DNA from: Promethearchaeum syntrophicum
Lineage (GTDB): Archaea; Asgardarchaeota; Lokiarchaeia; Sigyniarchaeales; Promethearchaeaceae
DNA: 32,000 bases
Assembly (NCBI RefSeq): GCF_008000775.2
Contig: NZ_CP042905.2
Coordinates: forward strand, 3,120,001-3,152,000
Direction of reading: 5' to 3'
Shown: piece after piece, positions 9,262 to 16,585 of the stretch
Position numbering within the stretch: the stretch's first letter is position 1
How the letters are laid out: each line of letters starts with the position of its first letter
Made by a program: the position numbers and the translations under genes
Notes under the pieces: generated by a model
What the model saw: the letters and a program-made list of their open reading frames with translations, nothing else
Told to the model about the DNA's origin: nothing
Databases searched by the model: none

Positions 9262-11313
9262 TTAAGAAATTGAATAAGTACGAGTCGCATTTTCGAAATC
9301 CAATTCTAATGTTTGAGATTCGAATTCAATGAGTGTAGTATTTGTTCCAAATATTTGATAACAAAAATCGTTATCAAATCGGGGAAATGGGCCTAAATCT
9401 ACCTCTGAACCATTTGAAGTCATTGGTCCATCCCATGCGACAGTGATAATTCCTTGGGAAGGAGAATCATAAACTATATCAAATCCTACTGCCAATTGGT
9501 TCACTTTTACTTCCGCATCTAAAATTTCTTCAATGAATGCATCAAAAGTTGCATAATCCTCAACATTCGCTAATTCTACGATGTAAGCATTTTTTTTTCC
9601 GAAAGATTTGAGTTCAATATCAGATTCCCAATGTGTTTTCTCATGAGAATAGAGGGCAATGTAACTATCGTTTTTAGAACCAAAGGTCCATTTTCCATGC
9701 TGTTCAACCGAATCAAAAGCCCATTGAGGAAAATAAGCATGAGTATATGGTTTAAACTCAAGATAAAGAAATACTATTTCACCTATCAACGAAGTTGCTA
9801 ATCGATCATATTGGAATATACCAACATTTTCATGTAATGTTGCTCTAGGTTTCCACCCGCCTGTGAATTCTTGAGGACTTACACCTCCAGGAGAATTTGT
9901 ATAGACAATGGCAGTTTCATCTAAACTTGCTTGCCAGATATGTTCTTGTAATCCAGCCATTCCTTTATGATAATCTTGAGCACCTGAAAGCTGATAATAT
10001 GGAGTCCGATAGGTATAGGTACTTACAGATTCTAAACACGTTCCTTGGGTTACAATCTTTAATTTTTCACAAAATTCACTGAGTGTGGTTCCATGAATCG
10101 TCCCCCCAATATTTAGGAGATCTAAAAACATAGCATCATTAAAAATTAACTTTGTTTTAATGTCATATTCTTCCATTAATCTTACAGATGCATCAATTAT
10201 TGGAGATGAGGCAGGAGCTGACATTGGCCACCAAAACATAAGATCATCTTCGGATGTATAACCCAAGCCGTAAGTAGGACCATCAGCTAAATTTAAACTA
10301 CTCCTTTCTTTATGTTCATTGTTGGTAGCTGCAAATTCAGCGATATCTTCTAAAATAGGAGGTGGAACGTATTTTTCGCTAGCTGCAATTGAAATTGCAC
10401 CGCGGTTATTTCCATCATTGATATTATGTTTGCCTATTCCAAGTAATACCCATGCAGATTCAGAGGGAGATTCTCGACTTGCCGGAGAATCTATTGAAGT
10501 TCCCACTTGTCGACTATCCTCTGTACGTCCATGGGTGGTTGCGTAGATGCTGTGGTAAAAATTATTTGCAAAATCAAAAGCAATGAGATCTACTAACATC
10601 ATAGCTTTAGTGGAAATGGATTCATCTTTGGAAAATTCAACTAAATTCATTAAAGCGATTAAATCTAATGTAAAATAAATATTCGAATGCCATTCTGAAA
10701 ATCCAAATTGAGCACGCCACCCTATCCAACGATTTATCAAAGGAATTGCATGATTAACATGCTCAATACCAGTCATATTTGAATTTGTAAAAGTCTCGTT
10801 TGGATATAATTGTCCAGCCAACAATTCGGCAGTGTGAAAAAGAATCATATGATTTTCTGTCCAAAATATCATATTATCTGAGTTAGGTTCAGTGAACCAA
10901 TATTTAAAATCAAGAACAGTTTGCTTTAAATCCATTTTCAATTCAGAACTTAGAATGTGTGTTACATTATCAAAGTAGAGCATTCGTAAATATGCGTTTA
11001 CATCAAAATCTGAAGTATCTTCAAAGTTATTTACATCCTCAAGAGTATTTCGTATAATAGTTTCATTTATGGGTAATCCTAGATAAATCCGTGCTACTTG
11101 GGCATGAAACCCATTATTTTCATGGGTACCATTAAGATAAAATTTTTGGCGTTCAGTGAAATTAAGATGTGGATATTGTTGTAAATCTTTAAAATAATTT
11201 GTATTTTGAGATTTCGGAGCATTTATGCTAAATTCAGTTAAAGAAAATATAGGAATGAGCATAACTGCTAAAATCACACTAATTTTCGCAAATTTTTCTG
11301 TTAATTTTTTCAT
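9262..11313 (-). CDS. Secreted or membrane-anchored paralogue (683 aa) of the 2071-4086 family; tentatively an extracellular polysaccharide lyase-like enzyme
   Basis: N-terminal MKKLTEKFAKISVILAVMLIPIFSLTEFS is a signal peptide or anchor. It shares the same collinear conserved blocks as the 671-aa paralogue. It has about ten N-x-S/T sequons (NFT, NGT, NET, NVT, NET, NMT, NDS, NTT, NAT...) against about four in the cytoplasmic copy. SD AGGGTAAT precedes the ATG at 11313. Confidence 0.6.
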   Translation of the reverse strand: MKKLTEKFAKISVILAVMLIPIFSLTEFSINAPKSQNTNYFKDLQQYPHLNFTERQKFYLNGTHENNGFHAQVARIYLGLPINETIIRNTLEDVNNFEDTSDFDVNAYLRMLYFDNVTHILSSELKMDLKQTVLDFKYWFTEPNSDNMIFWTENHMILFHTAELLAGQLYPNETFTNSNMTGIEHVNHAIPLINRWIGWRAQFGFSEWHSNIYFTLDLIALMNLVEFSKDESISTKAMMLVDLIAFDFANNFYHSIYATTHGRTEDSRQVGTSIDSPASRESPSESAWVLLGIGKHNINDGNNRGAISIAASEKYVPPPILEDIAEFAATNNEHKERSSLNLADGPTYGLGYTSEDDLMFWWPMSAPASSPIIDASVRLMEEYDIKTKLIFNDAMFLDLLNIGGTIHGTTLSEFCEKLKIVTQGTCLESVSTYTYRTPYYQLSGAQDYHKGMAGLQEHIWQASLDETAIVYTNSPGGVSPQEFTGGWKPRATLHENVGIFQYDRLATSLIGEIVFLYLEFKPYTHAYFPQWAFDSVEQHGKWTFGSKNDSYIALYSHEKTHWESDIELKSFGKKNAYIVELANVEDYATFDAFIEEILDAEVKVNQLAVGFDIVYDSPSQGIITVAWDGPMTSNGSEVDLGPFPRFDNDFCYQIFGTNTTLIEFESQTLELDFENATRTYSIS

Positions 11314-11374
11314 ATATCTAAATTACCCTTTAAATTCAAAAATATTTACATATTTAGTTGATAATTATGATATC
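11314..11374. promoter_or_regulatory. Divergent promoter region between the minus-strand redox/lyase-like operon and the plus-strand eda-kdgK operon
   Basis: This is a 61-nt A/T-rich spacer. tttacata at 11345-11352 resembles the archaeal TATA consensus TTTAWATA. It sits about 25-30 nt before the eda ATG at 11375, which has no SD and may be leaderless. The evidence is weak because the whole window is AT-rich. Confidence 0.3.
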
Positions 11375-12013
11375 ATGAATTATTTTTCAGAAACCCTAAA
11401 AAAATATTTTTTAATCCCAGTTGTTTCAATTGAGAGTTTAGATAAAATTGCTCCACTGACACAAACATTGCAAGCGGCCGGTATAAAGTTTCTGGAAATA
11501 ACCTATCGTAATAAAAATGCGAGTGAAGCCCTTAAAATTCTTCAAAATAATAATTTTAATATGATAATTGGAGCAGGAACGATTCGAACTCTTGCCCAAG
11601 CAGAGGAAGCAATAAAATATGGAGCTAAATTTTTGGTGAGTCCTGGATTTAATAAAGAAATTATACATTTTGCTGCAAAACGGAATATTCCATTTGTTCC
11701 AGGTGTCGACTCTACCCTAAGTATTGAATTAGCTAATTCAGAAGGAATTAGTTTGTTAAAATTTTTTCCAGCAGAGATATCTGGAGGCATAAAATGGTTG
11801 AAATCTATTAAAGGACCATATCATGAAATAAAATTTATTCCCACAGGAGGGATTACTCTTGAAAATTTGGATCTCTACGTTAAACTAACGAATGTTGCAG
11901 GGATCGGAGGATCATTTCTTGCCCCTAAAAGGCTCATCTTGGAAGATAATTGGGATGAAATAGCTTTAATCTGCACGAAAGCAATAAAAATAGTTGAATT
12001 AGCTAGAGGATAA
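11375..12013 (+). CDS. eda: 2-keto-3-deoxy-6-phosphogluconate (KDPG) / KHG aldolase, Eda type (class I)
   Basis: LEITYRN, GAGTIRT, FLVSPGF, PGVDSTLSIE, and LLKFFPAEISGGIKWLKSIKGPYHEIKFIPTGGI...GIGGSFLAP align almost residue-for-residue with E. coli Eda (..[36 protein letters not shown]), including the Schiff-base Lys context. I use ATG 11375 rather than the track start 11225, which overlaps the divergent gene. Confidence 0.9.
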   Translation: MNYFSETLKKYFLIPVVSIESLDKIAPLTQTLQAAGIKFLEITYRNKNASEALKILQNNNFNMIIGAGTIRTLAQAEEAIKYGAKFLVSPGFNKEIIHFAAKRNIPFVPGVDSTLSIELANSEGISLLKFFPAEISGGIKWLKSIKGPYHEIKFIPTGGITLENLDLYVKLTNVAGIGGSFLAPKRLILEDNWDEIALICTKAIKIVELARG

Positions 12014-12055
12014 ATATTAATTACTTAAAAAATGAAGAGAAATGTGACTTAAAAT

Positions 12056-13093
12056 ATGAGAAATTATGTAGTAACCTTAGGAGAAATAATGCTTAGGTTA
12101 AAATCACCTAATTTTGAACGTTTGCTTCAAAATCCGGTATTAAAAGCAAGTTTTGGAGGAAGCGAATCTAATGTAGCTATTTCACTCGCAAATTTCGGTA
12201 TACCGTCTCGATTTGTTAGCGCACTCCCTAACAATCAGCTGGGTTTGGCAGTAATTAGATTCTTGAAATCAATGAATGTGGATACCTCGTATATCCAAAT
12301 GCAAGGGACTCGCTTAGGAACATATTATTTAGAGACTGGATCAGGTCCACGCCCTTCAAAGGTGATCTATGATCGTTCAAATTCAAGTATTTCACAAGCT
12401 AAAACAGAAGATTTTGATTGGGATTTAATTTTCAAAGATGTAAAATGGTTTCATATATCTGGTATTACACCAGCTTTATCTCAAAAATCTGCTGATATAT
12501 CCCTTAGTGCGATTAAGTTTGCGAGGAATTTGGGTATAAATATCTCGTGCGATTTAAATTATCGTAAAAATTTATGGAATTACGGAAAACCAGCGAAAGA
12601 AGTAATGGGGAAAATAGTACCACTTATTGATATTATTATTGCCAATGAAGAAGATCTTCAAAAATCCTTAGGAATTGAAGAGGATCAAATAATTGGAACT
12701 GAGAATTTAGATCCCCAAAAATATGAAAAAATGTTGAAAAAAGTTTCGGAACAATTTCCAAATATAAAAATAATAGCAACAACGCTTCGGGAAAGTTTTT
12801 CAGCAGATCACAATGATTGGAGTGCATTATGTTATGAAAAAGCAACAAATACAACTTTTTTCTCAAGAAAATATGCACTAAAAAATATCGTCGATAGGGT
12901 TGGAGCAGGGGATGCCTTCGCAGGTGGGTTTATTTACGGAATCTATTCTAAATTGGATATTCAAGGTGCTTTAGAATTTGCGGTAGCCGCTTCTACTTTA
13001 AAACATACGATTCCAGGAGATATTAACCGTGTATCTATTAAAGAAGTAAAGAATTTTTTAGAAGGGGAATCATCTGGACGTGTTCAGCGTTGA
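12056..13093 (+). CDS. kdgK: 2-keto-3-deoxygluconate kinase (PfkB/ribokinase family)
   Basis: The 345-aa protein has an N-terminal GEIMLRL...FGGSESNVA. It carries the PfkB signature DRVGAGDAFAGGFIYG near the C-terminus. It lies immediately downstream of eda. Confidence 0.85.
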   Translation: MRNYVVTLGEIMLRLKSPNFERLLQNPVLKASFGGSESNVAISLANFGIPSRFVSALPNNQLGLAVIRFLKSMNVDTSYIQMQGTRLGTYYLETGSGPRPSKVIYDRSNSSISQAKTEDFDWDLIFKDVKWFHISGITPALSQKSADISLSAIKFARNLGINISCDLNYRKNLWNYGKPAKEVMGKIVPLIDIIIANEEDLQKSLGIEEDQIIGTENLDPQKYEKMLKKVSEQFPNIKIIATTLRESFSADHNDWSALCYEKATNTTFFSRKYALKNIVDRVGAGDAFAGGFIYGIYSKLDIQGALEFAVAASTLKHTIPGDINRVSIKEVKNFLEGESSGRVQR

Positions 13094-13127
13094 ATCAAGA
13101 ATGTAAAAGAAAAGAGAGGGTAAAATT

Positions 13128-14267
13128 TTGGGTAGAAAGAAATTAAAATATGGAATGGTAGGTTATGGATTAATGGGATGGGGCCATACCCTTGAATTAA
13201 AATTTTCCCCAAAATTGAGAGGGAGAACTAATTTTATTGCTTGTTTTGATCCCAGTCCAAAACAACAAGCAAAATTGAAAAAAAGAAGAAATGTTAAAGT
13301 TGCAGAATCATTCGAGGATTTATTGGATACCCCTGGAATTGAAGCTTTAATCATAAGTAGCCCTCCTCAGTTTCATGCAGAGCAAGTTATTGCAGGGTTA
13401 GAAGCGGGATTACATATTTACTCAGAGGTTCCTATGGCGATAAAGGAAGATGATATCAAGCGAATTATCGATGCAGAAGAGAAATCGAAAGGGATATATC
13501 AATATGGAGAAAATTATGTTTTTCTTTCTGAAGTATTGTATGCAGCCCATCTTTCTTCAAGCGGAAAAATAGGTCCTACAGTATATGCTGAAAGTGAATA
13601 TCTCCATGATGTTACCTATCGATGGCGACAGGATCATAAGGGAGGACCCGAAACACCTCGTATTGAGTCATGGTATTCCCTTATAGAACCGATGGAATAT
13701 GCGCACACAATTGGGCCAGCACAAGTGGCATTAGGAAGTCTTGAATCGCCAATGCCATTTATCGAAGTTAAAAGTTACAGCAATTCTATTGGTGGATTTA
13801 ATGGAGATCCTATTTGTCGCCCCTCAAGTTCTTTTCAAGTTGCTTTATTTAAAACAGAAACAGATGCGATAGCAAAATGTGCAAATGCTTATATCTTTGC
13901 TCGTGAACCAACGCGAATGACATTACAGCTTACTGGGAGAACCGGAACCTATGAATGTTATCGTATAGGGAGAGCAGGGAGGTTATTTCTTGCTGATGAT
14001 CATATTATTAAATTTCGGCACAGAAAAGGACGTGCATACAGGATTGGACCAATGGCTTTATCTCGAGTTGTACCTTGGAGGTTAGGTACCTATTTTGGAG
14101 CTCAACCCCGAATTTTTGATGATTGGTTATCTGCTATTGAAACAAACACACAACCCTCTCTCCATGCAAAAGTTGCCGCAAATATGTGTATGGCTGGAAT
14201 CTATGCTGCAAAAAGTGCCCAACAAAATAAAACCATAGAGATTCCAGTATTTTCTTCAAAAATGTAG
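13128..14267 (+). CDS. Gfo/Idh/MocA-family NAD(P)-dependent oxidoreductase
   Basis: N-terminal Rossmann strand LKYGMVGYGLMGWGH. It also has ISSPPQFHAEQ (compare the P...H consensus) and EVPMA (the EKP-like motif). TTG start follows a GAGAGGGTAAA SD-like element. Confidence 0.8.
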   Translation: MGRKKLKYGMVGYGLMGWGHTLELKFSPKLRGRTNFIACFDPSPKQQAKLKKRRNVKVAESFEDLLDTPGIEALIISSPPQFHAEQVIAGLEAGLHIYSEVPMAIKEDDIKRIIDAEEKSKGIYQYGENYVFLSEVLYAAHLSSSGKIGPTVYAESEYLHDVTYRWRQDHKGGPETPRIESWYSLIEPMEYAHTIGPAQVALGSLESPMPFIEVKSYSNSIGGFNGDPICRPSSSFQVALFKTETDAIAKCANAYIFAREPTRMTLQLTGRTGTYECYRIGRAGRLFLADDHIIKFRHRKGRAYRIGPMALSRVVPWRLGTYFGAQPRIFDDWLSAIETNTQPSLHAKVAANMCMAGIYAAKSAQQNKTIEIPVFSSKM

Positions 14268-14338
14268 AAATAGTAAACTACAGTGTAAGGTAAATTTTCC
14301 TAACTTTTTTTAATTAACTTTACTTCTTCGCATTAATA

Positions 14339-15541
14339 ATGAAAAAACCGTTTTTTCCTTTAGCGGTTCTGTTATTTTTAATTTCGATCTCAACTATCGC
14401 TGCGTTAACCGCTAATGATTCTCCTATTCTTGTAGAGGGGGCTGATTGTGTGGGATATCACGGTAACACATTCTTAAAAACTTCTTCACAGTTGAATTAT
14501 GGAGGAGCAGCTCATGTAGATGAAGAATTAGAATTTTCAATTGATTTTTACATCTTAGCGAATGGGATGATATTTAATGCAACTGTCGAATTATATAATT
14601 TTCCTGGAGATCTAACTATTCAAGAGGGGCAATCCCAACAGAATAAGTCCGAAATGAATTTCGATAGTTTCACACCCACGTGGAAAATTTCTGGAAATAT
14701 TGAGGGAAATTTCACTTTTAGTATCAAATCTACAGTCACCGTTAAATACATACCTTACCATTCGAATTATATAGCCACTTATGAATATCTCCACACCGGG
14801 TCATTCGCTGTATCAGAAAATCCTAACGATCCCCCATATTTATTAGATAATTCACAAGAAGAAGAAGGAATTAAGCCTCCATTTGATTGGAAAATTGTCC
14901 TTGGTCAGATTTTAGGGTTTTTTTCAATAATTTTAATATATTTTTGCATTCAATTGGGTATACCTGAAAGAAAGGCATGGATCCGAAAAAAAATGGGTTG
15001 GTCTGCCAAGCATTTAAGAGAAACTCATTGCGATTTAGGTTATTTGGCGATGGCAACCATTATTCTCCATAATATCATTTTATCTCTATCCTCATTATGG
15101 GGGTTCTATTTTAAATGGTTTCAATTTTATCCTACATTTTACGTTTTCAGAGAGGGATGGAATGGTATATTCGTGGGATTGGATTTGGCAGTATTTGGAT
15201 CACTTATCTTTATAATTGCTACAATAACGGGAACATTTTTCAAAAAGATAGCGAGAAAATTCGGATTCCGAACTGCCATTTTTACTCAACAGATTTCTTA
15301 CATTGCTTTAATCATATCAGTAATTCATGCTATCTTAAATGGTTCATGGACAAGGGATTACCCAATTCTCTTGATCATACAAATAATTATGGTAGCAGAA
15401 GTCCTTATTTCCCGTTTAATTGCGTATGCTCATGCTTATGATTTGAAATTAAGTAAAATCAAACCTGCGTCTGATCTTGAAAAAGCTTCTGATGAAATTG
15501 CAATCGAAATTTCACAAGATGAGTTTGATAGGAGTCAATAA
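14339..15541 (+). CDS. Membrane protein with a signal peptide, a ~170-aa extracytoplasmic domain and a C-terminal multi-helix domain resembling the ferric-reductase/MsrQ (YedZ)-type heme-b transmembrane domain
   Basis: Signal peptide MKKPFFPLAVLLFLISISTIAALTA. The extracellular part carries sequons (NAT, NKS, NFT). The helix ...KHLRETHCDLGYLAMATIILHNI has two His separated by 13 residues, the H-x13-H spacing of ferric-reductase-domain heme ligands. A further helix carries a His (LIISVIHAILNG). The fold assignment is tentative. Confidence 0.6.
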   Translation: MKKPFFPLAVLLFLISISTIAALTANDSPILVEGADCVGYHGNTFLKTSSQLNYGGAAHVDEELEFSIDFYILANGMIFNATVELYNFPGDLTIQEGQSQQNKSEMNFDSFTPTWKISGNIEGNFTFSIKSTVTVKYIPYHSNYIATYEYLHTGSFAVSENPNDPPYLLDNSQEEEGIKPPFDWKIVLGQILGFFSIILIYFCIQLGIPERKAWIRKKMGWSAKHLRETHCDLGYLAMATIILHNIILSLSSLWGFYFKWFQFYPTFYVFREGWNGIFVGLDLAVFGSLIFIIATITGTFFKKIARKFGFRTAIFTQQISYIALIISVIHAILNGSWTRDYPILLIIQIIMVAEVLISRLIAYAHAYDLKLSKIKPASDLEKASDEIAIEISQDEFDRSQ

Positions 15542-15545
15542 ATGT

Positions 15546-16013
15546 ATGTGGTTACTCATTCTTCATGTTTTCATTAATGTTCTAGGATTAGTTTTTCTCA
15601 TGGCAGGTTCTTTTCAAATTTTGATTAGTTCTAGCAAAAATTCATCAACCATCCAATCGGAGGAATTAGATAATTCTTTCATAGAAAATAACAATGGAAA
15701 ATCAAAAGAAGTTCGAAAGAGTAAAAATAAATTAATTGAAATAGGTTGGTATTTGTATACTTTTGGAGTTATTTTGGGTGCATTTCAAGCTAAAATAACA
15801 GTTGGATATTATTGGACTTGGGATCTTAAGGAAATTTTTAGTCTACTATCCATTCTTGGATATTTTAGCTATATAATAATAGAAATGAAATGGAATAAAC
15901 GAGTTAAACAATTTCTAATTTTAATTAGTTTGATACTGACTATTATCACTGTGATTATTCCCGCTATCGCTTATTCTTACCACAATCCATTTACTTTAAT
16001 TGGATTTAGCTGA
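15546..16013 (+). CDS. Minimal (155 aa, about 4 TM) cytochrome-c-assembly/heme-handling protein of the CcsA/ResC type (WWD domain)
   Basis: GAFQAKITVGYYWTWDLKEIFSLLS matches the core of the CcsA tryptophan-rich motif (..WG.YW.WDPKE.W..). There is a His in TM1 (LILHVF) and a His after the last TM (AYSYHNPF). I prefer ATG 15546, which starts 4 nt after the upstream stop codon ends and has GGAG 12 nt upstream, over the overlapping TTG at 15477. Confidence 0.65.
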   Translation: MWLLILHVFINVLGLVFLMAGSFQILISSSKNSSTIQSEELDNSFIENNNGKSKEVRKSKNKLIEIGWYLYTFGVILGAFQAKITVGYYWTWDLKEIFSLLSILGYFSYIIIEMKWNKRVKQFLILISLILTIITVIIPAIAYSYHNPFTLIGFS

Positions 16014-16132
16014 TTCATTTTTGATTTTTTCAAGAATATTTAATTTATACTATGGAAATTGGATTTTTTTTCCCATTTAATTCCCAATTTGTAAAAAAAA
16101 AAGCTAAAAAGCTAAAAATCATTGGTAAACTT

Positions 16133-16585
16133 ATGGATTTAATGAGTTTCGAAGAATTTTCAAAAAAAAAGAGTTCACTTATTCCTTTATTGCAAAAAAT
16201 TCAAGAAAATTACGGATTTTTGTCTGCTGATGAGATGCAAAAAGTTTCAGCCTATTTAGAAATCCCGTTAAGCAAAGTTTATGGTGTGGCTACTTTTTAT
16301 TCGCAATTTAGATTTAGAGCCTTAGGAAAATTTGCTATTTCAATTTGTCATGGAACTTCTTGTCATGTTAATGGTTCTGTTGATATTGCTCAAATATTTA
16401 AAGACGAATTTGAAATTGACGAAGGAGGTATAACACCAGATGGATTAGTTTCTTTAGAAAGAGTTGCATGTTTAGGATGTTGCAGTATTTCTCCCGTGAT
16501 ACAGATTAATGATAAAATTTATGGACATTTAAATCGGAAAAAGGTTGAAAAATTAATTAAAAAATTAAAAGCAGGAGATTTGTAA
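16133..16585 (+). CDS. NuoE/HndA/HydC-like [2Fe-2S] thioredoxin-fold subunit
   Basis: IPLLQKIQENYGFLS...VATFYSQF, ICHGTSCHVNG and ACLGCCSISPV give the C-x4-C...C-x3-C cluster pattern of the 24-kDa subunit family. I prefer ATG 16133 (MDLMSFEEF...) to the track start 16052, whose extra 27 residues are low-complexity. The start remains uncertain. Confidence 0.85.
   Translation: MDLMSFEEFSKKKSSLIPLLQKIQENYGFLSADEMQKVSAYLEIPLSKVYGVATFYSQFRFRALGKFAISICHGTSCHVNGSVDIAQIFKDEFEIDEGGITPDGLVSLERVACLGCCSISPVIQINDKIYGHLNRKKVEKLIKKLKAGDL

Noticed and set aside
11225-11374. Track-predicted 5' extensions of eda (11225), the nuoE-like gene (16052), the membrane protein (9290) and the ccsA-like gene (15477).
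   Set aside because: The extensions overlap neighbouring genes or add low-complexity residues absent from the family N-termini. Internal ATGs with better context (11375, 16133, 9245, 15546) give proteins of canonical length.
14450-14470. Possible heme-c attachment site in the outer domain of the 14339-15541 protein (…ADCVGYHG…).
   Set aside because: The spacing is C-x3-H with a single Cys. It is not CXXCH, CXXXCH or (A/F)XXCH, so there is no sequence basis for covalent heme binding.
15115-15441. A 108-aa same-strand alternative-frame ORF inside the ferric-reductase-like membrane protein gene.
   Set aside because: The main frame gives coherent TM helices and the H-x13-H motif. The alternative frame is Cys/Asn/Tyr-rich, has no pattern and has no start context.
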